This document shows positions 38,479 through 52,549 of a stretch of DNA of 56,093 nucleotides, one piece after another (the first letter of the stretch is position 1; each line of letters begins with the position of its first letter). The translations under genes were made by a program, and so were the position numbers. Below the pieces are notes generated by a model. That model was not told where the DNA came from and ran no database searches. It worked only from the letters and a program-made list of their open reading frames with translations. The stretch is from positions 1 through 56,093 of the forward strand of contig JAQGDQ010001195.1 of assembly GCA_030141605.1 (NCBI GenBank), given 5' to 3'. The stretch is from Tubiluchus corallicola. Its lineage: Eukaryota > Animalia > Priapulida.

Positions 38479-38634
38479 AATTGTTATTCTTCACTGTGTT
38501 ATTATGTGCTGTTGTAAGACTCAAGATATTTATTATTTAACTATTAATAATTGTATTTATAATATTATTGTTGTTCAATTTTCAGTATTGCCGAATTTTG
38601 TGTGTTAAATACTCGTATCTCGATTTGCCAGACA

Positions 38635-39022
38635 AAAGCTTGGAGACGTTGATCCAAATTTGCCGATTGTCCATATTTTCCGATACTAAGCTAATACAGT
38701 AGGCGCCGTGTATTAGACTCACGGTAATGTAGAACAATTGCCTAATTGTCTCAAAAATGTCCAGTATGGGCCGCTCCTATGCAAAATTACTAAAACAAAA
38801 ACTGTCTGCAATTGACTCAAATTATGAATATTAAGTCACTTAGACACTCTAACATGTGTCCGTTACACATTGCTTTGTTACGCTAATGTAAACAAAGCGA
38901 CGTCCCGCCAACTAGCGGTCAGCTCGCGAAACGGATTCTGTCCATAGTATGCAAGACTTTTATGTCCAGATTGTGACCGATCAGTAAAAACCTGGTCCAG
39001 CAAACAAGTGTCCGGATAAGAG
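38635..39022. repeat. Unclassified interspersed repeat
   Basis: Matches 45015-45355 (ccgatactaagctaatacagtaggcgc..., agtccagcaaac) and partly 27538-27720. Confidence 0.7.
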
Positions 39023-41042
39023 TGTAATTATGTTTGATTAACTTATTCTAAAAGCTGTTTCATGTTTGTTTCAATGTTTGTTAAGTTTAGTTAAGCAAAG
39101 ATTACATTCTTTATTTAACACGTGCTTCTCTACATGGAGCAAAGCAAAGCATCCATGTAGATAAATAATGAAAGTTTCTTTGCTACAATGTCAACTTTTA
39201 TTAATGAATTAATTACAGTTTAATCATTTATTTAATTGCAGTTCATTTTAGTTCAATGATTATTAGCAACTAATAATTTAGTTATTAATGTTTAATTCTA
39301 TCGCTAAATTAAATAAACTGTTGTTTGTCACTAATTGTTGTTTATCAAATTATCCTTGTACCAAATGTTTTGTTGTCAATTATATGCATTTCAGATACCT
39401 TTTTACAAAATTTCTTGTTTACCATGTATTTTTATGGATTTCGCCTAAATTTTGGTAAAGTCTGTTTTGAAATATTAATTGTAATTGTAGCTGTAATTAT
39501 TAGTTTCTTAATTATTGTTTTTTATGATGTGTCCTTAAGATTTTGAAGCTCATTTTCTGAATTACAAAATTTACAGTGAAGCTTATTTTTATGTTAGCTC
39601 TTAATCGTTTTATTCATTGTTTGCTGCTGTTTTTTGGTAAATACATTTACAGTTTTTAATTCTATGCTTTGTTTATATTTATCAAGAAGTTTATTTACAT
39701 TTTATAATTATTTTTGCTGAATCACACACGTACCTACAGTGTTGATGTAGCTTGTTCACTGAACTGCTATATGCTTTCTCACTTTAAGTTTAAGTGTAAG
39801 AACAGAAAAATATACCCATTTTATTTACACAGACAATTTAACATTCTTACAATTTAGCAAACAGATGAACTGAAGTGAAACTAACGATTATAAAAACAGT
39901 ATGGTATTAGTTACCTTTAAAACTCAACATTTAAAACAACTGAAAGGTTATTAGCCAATCAATTAGTGTCAGTAGGCCAAGAGAGCCCAGTTGGAATTAA
40001 TTCGGATCGTATACTTCTGACTCATAAACACGCTTCATTGTTATCCTTCCGTTGACAACGTTAAAACTGTATAATTTAAAACTCAACATTGCCCTGAGAC
40101 TAATAACCGTGTAATTAAACTATAAAAACGTAATTGGTCTTCCCATTTCGAGCACCTTTTTATTGACTGAACCATTGAGAACTGATTCGAGAGTAGTCAC
40201 AATTTTAATGATGAAAATTTTTTTCAAAGCATCTAATTATCAATGCTGTAAACATAAACAAACCTAAGAAGTGTTATTAGCCAATCAAATAGTATTAGTA
40301 AGTCAAGAGAGCCCGGTTGGAAATAATTCGGATCCTGGACTCCTGATTCATAAATGCACCTCATTGCCGTAACATTAAAACTATATAATTATCTCGAGAA
40401 TGGAGTTACAGTTCTAATGCACCTAAATTGTTCCCTCATTCGTTGCACATTGCCTTCTGTGTCATAAATGTTTGCATACCAGAACTTAACTAGAAGCAAT
40501 GGGAGAGACATGGAATTCAAACTGAGTAAGTATGCTCTTTGAACACTGAATAGGAAGCCCATCTTGCTGAAACAAAATATTTATTATTTCCTTGCTTGCC
40601 ACATCAGCCATATAAATTAATCACAGGAATAGTACTATTAATATATTCTTGCTTAAAGTGGAAGACACATGAGATAATTTGACAATTCAACTACAAAACT
40701 AGCTGATTAATTAATTGGCTTATTATCATTAAAATTATTTTAGATAAAAACCTTGCCTACTTTAATTATAGTTATCGTAGTATACTGTTATTTTGAAATT
40801 AGAAGGAATTGTTTGGCAAGTTTTAGATAACCCTGGTAGCCACTAGCCATACAGCGCTCCTGACTCCTGGCGCCTAGGTACGTAAACTTGAGCCGAGTTT
40901 GTCGTAGTAATGCGTGGCACATTGTAAAATCACCAATAACGCATTCGTGCAATAAAGTTGAACAAACTTGAAGACGAAAACAAATTGCCACGTGATTTTG
41001 CTTACCATAGTTACAAGAGAAGACATGTTTTTTAACTTGTAG

Positions 41043-41072
41043 GAGTAGTGTGGGGGAGTTCTGCATTTCAAG
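41043..41072 (+). CDS. Possible 30-nt phase 1-1 micro-exon of the WSC gene (VVWGSSAFQ)
   Basis: ttttttaacttgtag| ... CAAG|GTAAGT, strong sites and compatible phase; no homology support. Confidence 0.35.
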
Positions 41073-42463
41073 GTAAGTGCTTTGCAATTCAAATACCTTA
41101 ATACATTCACTTCCTTATTTAGTGCGAGGAAAAATGACACAGGAAACATTGGCACAAACGTGACCTTGCATAGCAAAACCGCCCATAGTGCACTAGGTAT
41201 CAATTTTTAGTTATTAATATTATGCATATTCTTATTCTCCTGTTCATGCTGATCATTTTGCTAGCAGTTTTTCAGTGTGTATTACGTTGTTCCTGAGCCA
41301 AGATATTGGCGTTTTTTGTTGAGCGAATGGCGAAAAAAATACAAAATTAAAATTGGGAGAAAATGGCTTTCAAAGTTTATGTTACAATTTTCAGTAAATT
41401 TGCATAGCAACTAAGAAAGATATGGAGAGTACTATAAAGTATAAATTTTTTTCTTGCAATTAGTATGCAAGCATAGCCAGTGCACTTATTCTGATGAATT
41501 TTGAGTAGCTTTGTTATTTACCTCTGCTACCTTATCACACAAGACTTTAAAATTTGTTTACGTGAAATTTTATGTTTGTCTTTTTAAAAAATTTGTATAA
41601 CTTATGAAGAAATATACCTGCAGGAGTAACTTTGGAGTGTTTGTGTTATCCTTTAGGCAAAACTGGATCCAACCTTAAACTGCAGGTCAAGACAACCTAG
41701 TATTTAAAATATTGAAAGCAGACATGCTATTTTTTCAATAAAGACTTACTTGAGAGAATTATTACCACACAAACAAAATTCCACGTTTGTACCACTAGTA
41801 TTTCGCTGTTACATGCATTTCGTCATTCGTTAGTTAAACAGGCACTAGTGCCTGTATTTCGGAAACGCATTGCTCAAAAATCAGGTGCCTCCCATTTCAG
41901 ATGCGTTAGTTTCTGACAAACTGCACATGTTCGACACATCCGCATGCACATTTATTTATTATTATTTATGGGTAATTTTAGCACAACCGGTAGCCAAAAA
42001 TTACAACAAAATGCAATAATTTCAGTTTCCCAAAGTAGTTCCTGCACAAAGGGGACACAGTGCAGCGTACTACTACTACTACTACTTCTAATAATAATAA
42101 TAATAACAATAATAATTATTATTATTTTTGTTATTTTAGATCACAGCTGTCGATAATGCTCAGACCATTGAAGTGTCCTTTAATAAGTTAATTTCACTAC
42201 GGTATATTCAGCTAAACAATTATTTATTTACTGATATATTTTATTCTTTTTATTGAAGTTATCTGCTGATCTTATTAATATAAATGATACATTAACAATT
42301 TTTTAAATTTCAGTAGCTATGTGTGAATTTGCATTGTCGCACAGATCTGTCATTTTTGGGGATGGTGGCCATGTTTGCTTCATTCTCAACATTCTTCTGC
42401 TACTTATGCATTCACTTGCCTGTTATCTATGGACAAGGTTAGTGCCATTTTCACTTTTTACTT

Positions 42464-42939
42464 CAGTCATACCTCGGTTTTCGACCAGAAAATTTGAGTT
42501 GAATTTGTCTCCGGTTTCGACCAGAATTTCAGTGCTCGAGCAACCGCCAAGCATGTGATGAACGCATGCGCGGCGAGCCGAGCGTAATCGACCGAGCCCG
42601 AGAGTAGTCACACGCGTGTTTCTGCTCTTGCTTACATATACCATCACACTGCTACCAACACGTAAGGTTTTTTCATGCAGGAATAATTATGTTTTTCTTT
42701 CTAAGGAGTTCTATTATGTTTTTCTTATCAATAATATCACATCTACTGTTTCAATAAACATTTTTGCATTATTATTATATTTCGTTTTAGTAATACTTTA
42801 CAGTTCCTTTGGTGCTTGAGAACGGATTATTTGCTTTTACATTTTTTCTTTTACCGGAATAAATGATTCAGTTCTCAACGAAATTGGTTTTAAAACACTT
42901 TTTAGGAACGAATTATGGTCGAAAATCGAGGTATGACTG
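42464..42939. mobile_element. pogo/Tigger-like MITE
   Basis: TIR CAGTCATACCTCGGTTTTCGACCA / TGGTCGAAAATCGAGGTATGACTG|TA. Confidence 0.8.
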
Positions 42940-43027
42940 TATTAAAAAAGACATAGTCATGAAATAAAAAGATTTAGTGATTTTTTATAACACGTTCTGT
43001 CAACATCATACAACATCTACAACATCA

Positions 43028-43280
43028 GACCAGACGGTTTAGTCTAGTGGTAATGCGTCTGCTTTCCGTCTGGGAGGTCGTGAGTTCGAACCAGCGGCCG
43101 GGTCATACCAAAGACTTTAAAAATGGCACCTGCTGTTGCCCTGCCTGACGCGTGGTATTTAGGGTAAAAGTGGGGTAATAATAGTCTCTGTTATGTAGTT
43201 ACACTCGGGGATAATAGCTCTTTGAGCTAATGTTAATTGTTGACCCCAAAAGCTGACTTTAAATAAAGATTATTATTATT

Positions 43281-43327
<47 letters not shown>

Positions 43328-43330
43328 TAT
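43028..43330 (+). mobile_element. tRNA-derived SINE with an (ATT)/(ATC) tail
   Basis: A box TAGTCTAGTGG, B box GAGTTCGAACC, body ggtcataccaaagactttaaaaatgg, then AATAAA and a trinucleotide tail; 3' part repeated at 4133. Confidence 0.82.
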
Positions 43331-44128
43331 TACTGTTATTATTAATCACCAACTTTGAAAAGTTAAAAATAAAATTTCTGCTTCTAATTACAAAGTGAAT
43401 TCACCAAAAGTTTGTAGATCTTATTGCCATCTTATGCACTTTCCTAATTATATATCTGTTTTTCTAGCACTTTGGGGAACTGTACACTGCCGTAACATTT
43501 GCTTTTGGTGATACGAAGCAGAAATAAATTTCATAGCAAGAATGACTCATGCTTATGTCTGTCAAAGAAATTTATGAAGTAAAATGATGTTACACAGTAG
43601 TTCTTACAACAGCGTAATGATCTAGAGTTATTCCTTTTTCTTATTGTACATATTTCATCTTATGTACATCTTAAGATTTTCAATAGTACAGTAGGCTGGA
43701 ATTTTTATATTATATGTCCAATCTCCTTTAATTTGTAACGTTTATGTTTTTGTTATTTATTTGTTTGCCCATTGGTTACTCATTTGCCTGCCTGTATATA
43801 TAAGTTTTTTACAATTACATTTTTAGTTTCTAGCCAGAAAAGTGGGGAAGGGGTTATGAAATTAGATTTTCTGTATTTTTTAAACCTTTTCTTAATAATT
43901 TGAGGTTAGAATATAATACTCAAATATATTTACTGTTTGTTTTTATAAAAAACAAAAAAATGTCATTTTGACTAAATTTTTGGTACATTTTACTTTGAAG
44001 CATCATAACTTAGTTTTAACTATGCCGACTTATAGACGGTTTTGGTTTTCCGGTATACAAATGTCAAAGTTGATCTCCTTTTATGCAAGACTAAATGTCT
44101 GGGATTGGCTGAGAGCAAAGAATATGAT

Positions 44129-44566
44129 TGTGCTGATTTAAACTTGTATTGCCCCCTCTTTTCTGTTATAAATTGGTTTCCTTTTAAACAGGTCATGTGA
44201 CCAGTCTTTTACCTGTACACTTACCTGTAGATTGGAGTAACTCAGGCATTCACACACTGCAGTTACACATTGTTTAGCGTCATTCATTTATTCGTTGTTA
44301 TAATTTCATAATTACACTTATAGAAGATCACCATGTAAGTTGATTTGTTAATTTCTTAAATCTTGAACCTTTGTTTATTAAAAAGACTAGAGATTAGATT
44401 TTATAATTTGCGTAAAAACGTTGTTAAAGTTAATTAGATCAAATTTGGTTTAGATTTCGCCGTAAAATTGAGCAAAATTATATAAAATTATCTCATTGTT
44501 TTCAGATTAAACGATACAAGCTACATAATTATGTTGTTGGAGATTTTTTTATAAGAAGGTACCACA
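44129..44566 (+). mobile_element. Solo LTR of the same BEL/Pao family
   Basis: Colinear, high identity with 30051-30475; gaata follows it and also occurs 4 nt before its start (imperfect TSD). Confidence 0.93.
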
Positions 44567-44660
44567 GAATACTTAGCCTTAACAGAGCCCTGTTGATGCC
44601 ATTTTTTCTTCAGCTTGAGTTCTGCAAAATAATCGACATTTAAATTTTTTGCATTTGTAG

Positions 44661-44969
44661 CGACCCAATCCTTGATGTACGTGGGATGTAGCATCGATGC
44701 AAGAGACTTCACAACAAGGATAGCATCCGCAGATGGAAAGGATCCGAGCGAGTGCGTGCATTCATGCTTATCCAGTGGTTTTCCATACGCCGGCCTGCAG
44801 ATTGAGAGTTCATCCACCGCCTGCTACTGTGGAGTCAATTACGGAAAGTTCGGATTAGTGTCATTGGATTTGAACAGTTCAGCTGACAATCCGTGCCAAC
44901 CATGTGCATCTGGCAATCCACAAGAGTTGTGCGGTGATTCTCAACACTACGCTGTGTATGAGACCAGGT
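44661..44969 (+). CDS. WSC-domain exon 1 (309 nt, phase 1-1)
   Basis: gcatttgtag| YVGC...ECVHSCLSSGFPYAGLQ....CYCG...C..PC.SGNPQELCG....AVY |GTAAGT; canonical 8-Cys WSC pattern. Confidence 0.9.
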
Positions 44970-45937
44970 GTAAGTTATAACAGACCTGTATACTCACATC
45001 TCAGTTTGCTGGGCAAAAGTGGGGAGACGTCGGTCCAAATTTGCCAATTGCCCGTATTTACCGATACTAAGCTAATACAGTAGGCGCTGTGTATTAGACT
45101 CACGGTAATGTAGAATCAATCATCTGATTTTCTCAAAAACATCAAGTACGGGCCGCTCCTGCTGTACAAGCTACACACGTGTAGATACACGCTACTTGGT
45201 TGCACTGATGTAAACAAAGTAATGGCCTGCCAATTAGCGGTCAGCTCACGAACCAACAGACTGTGTCCATGGTATGCGGGACTTTGTAACGGTTCAAATT
45301 TTGTCCGATTCTTATGATATCCGCAAAAGCGAAGTCCAGCAAACCGAGATATAAGTGTTTTCTTCCTGCACAATGTAGGCCTTCTTTTATTTTGTCTTTG
45401 GTTTAAGCGTTAGGAATTGTTTAGAATAGTTGTTTAGACATCAGAATAGATGTGAAATTATTTGAAGCAGGATTCTAACCTAAGCTGAGTATATACACAC
45501 ATATATATATATATATAAACATCCTTTATAAGAGTCAAGCTTCTATCATATCAAAAATATCTCTTTGCGTAAATGCTGCCTTTAAGTGCTTTCCAGTGCC
45601 GGAGTGTTAAATAAGAGGTAAATTCACTTTGAATCTTGGGAAATCCTCGAACATGAATTACAATGCGAAACCTTTTCCCTGCATGTGAATTCAGCTGTCC
45701 CATAATGTTATCCCTAAAAATTAAAAAACTTGTGTGCAGGTGGTATAGTTCACAAAAATCATGGCTGCAATAAAGTAGATGTCATTTCCGCATGGCTCCT
45801 GTAATCTTTCGTAATTTATTTTTTTACTATTGTCCTGAAATGATTATAGAAGTAAACAGTAATATTATGAAGACTTCTCTACGGTCACCGTAGTTCAGTG
45901 TCCCATAATAAGGTTTACATATTACTTTTTCCTGTTA

Positions 45938-46433
45938 CAGTGGCCGCCGCTTATTGTGGACACCTCGGGCCAGCAGTGTATGTCCATATTAAGCGGCTGT
46001 CCATATTAAGCGAAGTGACCCATGAAGACCCTTCCCCTTCATTAAAAAAGGCAAAAAACTGTCTGTATCAACTCGTCTCCTGTTTTATTGAAAAAAAGAA
46101 GTCAGACGAGTTTGTTTGGCAGGAAACTTTTCTCTCAACCTTGAACGGAAGGAAGTTATCACAGTTTCGAAGCTCTCAAGGCCACGGCAAACGGCGAACT
46201 GACTGATGCAATGACTCACACAGGCAGCAGAGCGGGAAGCTCTTTTCAATCACGCGCGCAGGCCGTGGTTGGCACGGCTGGTTCACGTGCCAAGAATGTT
46301 CGCTGTCCATATTAAGCGGCGGTTGTCCATATTAACCGGCGGATTTCATTAGGGGAAAATTCCGTCCCTCGCGAGTTGTCCACAATAACCGGCTGTCCAC
46401 AATAACCGTGTCCATAATAAGCGGCGGCCACTG
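45938..46433. mobile_element. pogo/Tigger-like MITE
   Basis: TA|CAGTGGCCGCCGCTTATT.TGGACAC TIRs|TA with subterminal gtccatattaa repeats. Confidence 0.87.
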
Positions 46434-46932
46434 TATAACCATCGGCATAATGAGCAACAGCTTCCATTGAGTACTGGATAAAATTTGTGCTGTTTTACAC
46501 AACCAAAGTTGATGACAATGAAAGGTCATGTGGTCCAGTTTACCAAGTTCCTTGCATTTGGTTGAAGAGATACAAACCAGTCGGAATTAAACTCGTTCAG
46601 TGAATGAAAGATGATAGTCAAATCGTATAATAAAGTTTTTATTCCTACGAAATCATTCTTCCATAGTGTAAGTAATTGTCTTTTGTAACTTCTGTAAGTT
46701 TTACTCACAATTAATCAACAAAATGATATTAAAAATGGTGAATTTGTTACTGATCGTTCGAGCTCAATGTATTTCTTTCTCCAAGTGACAAAACACGGTA
46801 AAGCGGTAAACATCAACCAACCGAAAATTTGACGAAGTTTAAAAACTTTTAGTATGACTTCATAAGAAACTAGACTAGTTCTATGTATGGGGAGTGTATC
46901 CGATGACATTGATTAGTTATTGATTTTTACAG

Positions 46933-47259
46933 TGTTCAGCAATGTGAGGCATGAATTCCGGGGTTGCTTCAGTGACCAGCTCGCTCAGAGACAGACAAAT
47001 CTGACAGCGAATTCATCTTACGATTGTCTTCACGAGTGCAAAATGAGAAATCTTGAGCATAAGCCAGGTTTCTTCAACAGAGATCAAGCGGATGTTAGTT
47101 GGAAGTACACGTACTCAATGTTTCGTACACCCGATCAGTGCTTCTGCCAAGACCAGCTGATGACCGCTGAGTGGTCAAGTTGTACCCGTTGCCATGGAGA
47201 CCAGGACGGATTCTGTAGCGCAGATACTGATTCCAAAAATGCAGTGTATAGCACTGGTG
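46933..47259 (+). CDS. WSC-domain exon 2 (327 nt, phase 1-1)
   Basis: tttttacag| FRGCFSD...CLHEC...QCFC...CTRCHGDQDGFC....AVYST |GTATGT. Confidence 0.85.
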
Positions 47260-47726
47260 GTATGTCATCAAAATATATACTATTTCATTTTTTAAAATCA
47301 TAATTTTACGGCATTTTTGCCATTTTTTTCACTGAAAAAATTTTGTTATTTCAAGTCATTTTTGGCAAATAAAATCTGGTACTTATGAAATCTGGCCAAA
47401 GAATTGCTACTATGAGTTCATTAAATAATAAATTTCGCATTGTGAGTCAATAAATTATTATAAGTGTATTACTTGGTGCATATTCCAATTATGATTAAAA
47501 ATTCTATAACTAAATATAATTGAAATATATTGATAAAGAAGCTTTAGATAGTTCATGATTTCTGAATAACAGAACTCTATACTTTTTGCAGTTTTCTCTA
47601 GTTTCTTTGTGGGTGATCTGCTGTCATACATAATCTGAATGTACAGAGAGTAAAAATCGCACTGTTCATGCTGCCATGTGTTGTTGGCTTCCTAACTCTC
47701 TGCAAAGCATAATTATTTTAAAGCAT

Positions 47727-50272
47727 AAGTAAACTAATGTTGTGTTTAGAAGTAAACTAATGTTGTGTTTAGAAGTAAACTAATGTCGTGTTTAGAAGTA
47801 AACTAATGTTGTGTTTAGAAGTAAACTAATGTCGTGTTTAGAAGTAAACTAATGTTGTGTTTAGAAGTAAACTAATGTCGTGTTTAGAAGTAAACTAATG
47901 TCGTGTTTAGAAGTAAACTAATGTCGTGTTTAGAAGTAAACTAATGTTGTGTTTAGAAGTAAACTAATGTCGTGTTTAGAAGTAAACTAATGTTGTGTTT
48001 AGAAGTAAACTAATGTCGTGTTTAGAAGTAAACTAATGTTGTGTTTAGAAGTAAACTAATGTCGTGTTTAGAAGTAAACTAATGTTGTGTTTAGAAGTAA
48101 ACTAATGTTGTGTTTAGAAGTAAACTAACGTTGTGTTTAGAAGTAAACTAATGTTGTGTTTAGAAGTAAACTAATGTTGTGTTTAGAAGTAAACTAATGT
48201 CGTGTTTAGAAGTAAACTAATGTCGTGTTTAGAAGTAAACTAATGTTGTGTTTAGAAGTAAACTAATGTTGTGTTTAGAAGTAAACTAATGTTGTGTTTA
48301 GAAGTAAACTAATGTTGTGTTTAGAAGTAAACTAATGTCGTGTTTAGAAGTAAACTAATGTCGTGTTTAGAAGTAAACTAATGTTGTGTTTAGAAGTAAA
48401 CTAATGTTGTGTTTAGAAGTAAACTAATGTCGTGTTTAGAAGTAAACTAATGTCGTGTTTAGAAGTAAACTAACGTTGTGTTTAGAAGTAAACTAATGTT
48501 GTGTTTAGAAGTAAACTAATGTTGTGTTTAGAAGTAAACTAATGTCGTGTTTAGAAGTAAACTAATGTCGTGTTTAGAAGTAAACTAATGTCGTGTTTAG
48601 AAGTAAACTAATGTCGTGTTTAGAAGTAAACTAATGTCGTGTTTAGAAGTAAACTAATGTTGTGTTTAGAAGTAAACTAATGTTGTGTTTAGAAGTAAAC
48701 TAATGTTGTGTTTAGAAGTAAACTAATGTTGTGTTTAGAAGTAAACTAATGTTGTGTTTAGAAGTAAACTAATGTTGTGTTTAGAAGTAAACTAATGTTG
48801 TGTTTAGAAGTAAACTAATGTCGTGTTTAGAAGTAAATAATGTCGTGTTTAGAAGTAAACTAATGTCGTGTTTAGAAGTAAACTAATGTTGTGTTTAGAA
48901 GTAAACTAATGTCGTGTTTAGAAGTAAACTAATGTTGTGTTTAGAAGTAAACTTGTTGTGTTTAGAAGTAAACTAATGTTGTGTTTAGAAGTAAACTAAT
49001 GTTGTGTTTAGAAGTAAACTAATGTTGTGTTTAGAAGTAAACTAATGTCGTGTTTAGAAGTAAACTAATGTTGTGTTTAGAAGTAAACTAATGTCGTGTT
49101 TAGAAGTAAACTAATGTCGTGTTTAGAAGTAAACTAATGTTGTGTTTAGAAGTAAACTAATGTCGTGTTTAGAAGTAAACTAATGTTGTGTTTAGAAGTA
49201 AACTAATGTCGTGTTTAGAAGTAAACTAATGTCGTGTTTAGAAGTAAACTAATGTCGTGTTTAGAAGTAAACTAATGTTGTGTTTAGAAGTAAACTAATG
49301 TTGTGTTTAGAAGTAAACTAATGTTGTGTTTAGAAGTAAACTAATGTCGTGTTTAGAAGTAAACTAATGTTGTGTTTAGAAGTAAACTAATGTCGTGTTT
49401 AGAAGTAAACTAATGTTGTGTTTAGAAGTAAACTAATGTTGTGTTTAGAAGTAAACTAATGTTGTGTTTAGAGTAAACTAATGTTGTGTTTAGAAGTAAA
49501 CTAATGTCGTGTTTAGGTTTGTGTTTGAAGTAAACTAATGTTGTGTTTAGAAGTAAACTAATGTTGTGTTTAGAAGTAAACTAATGTTGTGTTTAGAAGT
49601 AAACTAATGTTGTGTTTAGAAGTAAACTAATGTTGTGTTTAGAAGTAAACTAATGTTGTGTTTAGAAGTAAACTAATGTTGTGTTTAGAAGTAAACTAAT
49701 GTCGTGTTTAGTAGTAAACTAATGTTGTGTTTAGAAGTAAACTAATGTTGTGTTTAGAAGTAAACTAATGTTGTGTTTAGAAGTAAACTAATGTTGTGTT
49801 TAGAAGTAAACTAATGTTGTGTTTAGAAGTAAACTAATGTTGTGTTTAGAAGTAAACTAATGTTGTGTTTAGAAGTAAACTAATGTTGTGTTTAGAAGTA
49901 AACTAATGTCGTGTTTAGAAGTAAACTAATGTTGTGTTTAGAAGTAAACTAATGTCGTGTTTAGAAGTAAACTAATGTTGTGTTTAGAAGTAAACTAATG
50001 TTGTGTTTAGAAGTAAACTAATGTCGTGTTTAGAAGTAAACTAATGTCGTGTTTAGAAGTAAACTAATGTCGTGTTTAGAAGTAAACTAATGTCGTGTTT
50101 AGAAGTAAACTAATGTTGTGTTTAGAAGTAAACTAATGTTGTGTTTAGAAGTAAACTAATGTTGTGTTTAGAAGTAAACTAATGTCGTGTTTAGAAGTAA
50201 ACTAATGTCGTGTTTAGAAGTAAACTAATGTCGTGTTTAGAAGTAAACTAATGTCGTGTTTAGAAGTAAACT
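47727..50272. repeat. 23-bp satellite AGTAAACTAATGT(T/C)GTGTTTAGA, ~110 copies, intronic
   Basis: Period 23 (47730, 47753, 47776); homogeneous except a T/C dimorphism. Confidence 0.97.
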
Positions 50273-50303
50273 TTCCACTCCTAAAAACTCTTTCTTATTA
50301 CAG

Positions 50304-50609
50304 CATCAGACATCTGGTTCTATCAGGGATGTTTTTGGCTTTTAGAAGTGCCAAAACCTTTCTATGTCGACGCTTCTCTTTCAATTCCATTACAATGCAG
50401 AACTGAATGCCGTAAGAAAGGATTCTACTTTGCCTTTGCCGTTTTCGCCAGCTTGTATAATACGTCCATTACGGACAGGTGTCAGTGCGGCAACGAATAT
50501 CCGTTTTTCAACTTTTCTTCCAACTGTAGACCGTGTCCGTCGGTTAGCGGTGGTTTAGCCGAGATGTGTGGTGGAGTTCACATGGCAGCTGCTGTGTATT
50601 ATACTGAAA
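50304..50609 (+). CDS. WSC-domain exon 3 (306 nt, phase 1-1)
   Basis: tttcttattacag| YQGCF...QCRTECRKKGFYFA...RCQCGN...CRPCP...MCGG...AVY |GTAAGT. Confidence 0.88.
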
Positions 50610-51332
50610 GTAAGTGTTCTTGCACAAGCAGTGTTAATCTATAGTTATTGTTTAAATATTCGTATTCCTGTGTGTTACATTGTTCACAGTGTTGCATAGT
50701 AACACGCACCACCTATTTCACCTGTCAAGAGAGAGAGAGAGGAGGCAGTATGTTCGCATAAAGCAAAAAAATGTTACCTTGGCGGGAGGCCCCGGGGAAG
50801 TATCCCCACTCCCCCCCCCCCTTGAAATAGGCCCTGGTAACACGTTGTAACTGCTAAGTAACTAATAGGACAATGACAGTTATCATCACAGATAAGAATG
50901 TTTCAAGGCTTTATCACACTCTGAGCTCATAGTTCTGTTTTGCCCATCTCTATTGTGAATTTATAGTTACTTATGTAATGAGCAGATTAAGCAATTACTT
51001 GTGGTGTGTTAGAAACACCATTAAACTAGTTTCTATGTGATGGTTATTAATTACATGTATTTGCATAGTGCTTATATACAAGCAGGCTACGTAACTGCTT
51101 GTTGTGTAATATCTTGCCTTTGTTCATTATGTGGTACTTATATAATAGCTGTCTTATAACTGCCTGTGGTGTGTTATAAAATGCGCTTTTTATATGAATA
51201 TGAAAGTACACACATTTTCCAAGAACAAGATTTTTTCCCAAAATGTGATGCCCTTCCGAAATGTGATGCGCCTAGACTACAGTCTAGTTAGCCTGTTAAG
51301 TGATGCCCTTCCGAAATGTGATGCGCCTAGAC

Positions 51333-51793
51333 CAGGGGTGTGCAAATTGCGACCCGTGAAGAGATTTGTCAACCCAATGAAAGTGCGGCCCGGGCGATTA
51401 ATTGAGTGTATACAGCTGAAGTCCGTGCCACGATCCCAAAGATAGTGCGGTTAGTTTTTTCTACTAGATCGGATGCCATTAACCCTTACAAGACGGTTGT
51501 AGCTTAATGTCACTGTACTAAACAGACTGTGTGATACACATTACTAATATCCATCGTAATGAAATTACCACTATCTGTCCTGAAAGTAGAAATATATGGT
51601 TTGTAATATAAATTTTAATAACTTCTAAAATAGTTTCTTGAGTGTAGTAGTAATGATGTACTCAGGTCAAATGCAAAAAAAATCGTTATTAGGCCTTTCT
51701 GTACTTGGCTCCTTGATCAAACTGCCTGTGGCCCACAGGAATGACGGGAAAGTTTAATGTGGCCCTGCTAGTCAGATAATTTGCACAACCCTG
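51333..51793. mobile_element. hAT-like MITE, inverted copy of 11676-12127
   Basis: Same TIRs; perfect 8-bp TSD gcctagac. Confidence 0.88.
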
Positions 51794-52549
51794 GCCTAGA
51801 CTATAGCCTTGTTAGCCTGTTAAGTTAATATGGTTAAGACAGATTAGATTTAGCCTCAGATAGATTTAGGCATGCTCTGATTTCACTGAACTTTTCAGAT
51901 AGCTGCACACTTTTCACTGAAACCTCACAGAAGTAATGAGTGATCAATAAAGGATTACCTTTGCTAAAAGTAATCAGTAATAAGTAATTTGATTACAATT
52001 TTTATAAAGTAATTAGCAATCACGACAGATTACTTTTCAAAATGTAACGAACCCAATATTGCCTCGTTTAGTTAACAAATTTTCCCAGTTCTGATTTGTG
52101 CACAGCTATTTATAATGAGTTTCATGAATTTAGCTGCACGATTGGCGATGAACAAAATTGAAATACGTTAAAGGACAAAGAAAAGGGTAGGTAAAAGACG
52201 CACCATCTAAGGGTAGATAAAAGAGACTTCAGAGAAATTGGCTTAAAAAATGATATCACTTTATAGCAATTATACCTATGTATTTCACTCGCATTGATGA
52301 GATGATATTTTGTTTGTCTTAATTTTAAATCTCTCGCAATACTATTCTGACCGCACCATCGCATGGCATCATATATGCACAATGTAAATCATGTGTGAAA
52401 ATCATGTTTGAAGTTGTAGATCACTCACTTTGTTTTGATTGAGTTTAGGCACAGAAGTATGAACAAGAATAAAAAATCTATAATACATATTTGCACTGCA
52501 CACAACAGAAAAGTGTTTATTAAACTACAGACACATGAGTAGCACGACT

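Noticed and set aside
43028-43105. tRNA gene
   Set aside because: A and B boxes present but no convincing cloverleaf; continues into a SINE body and tail
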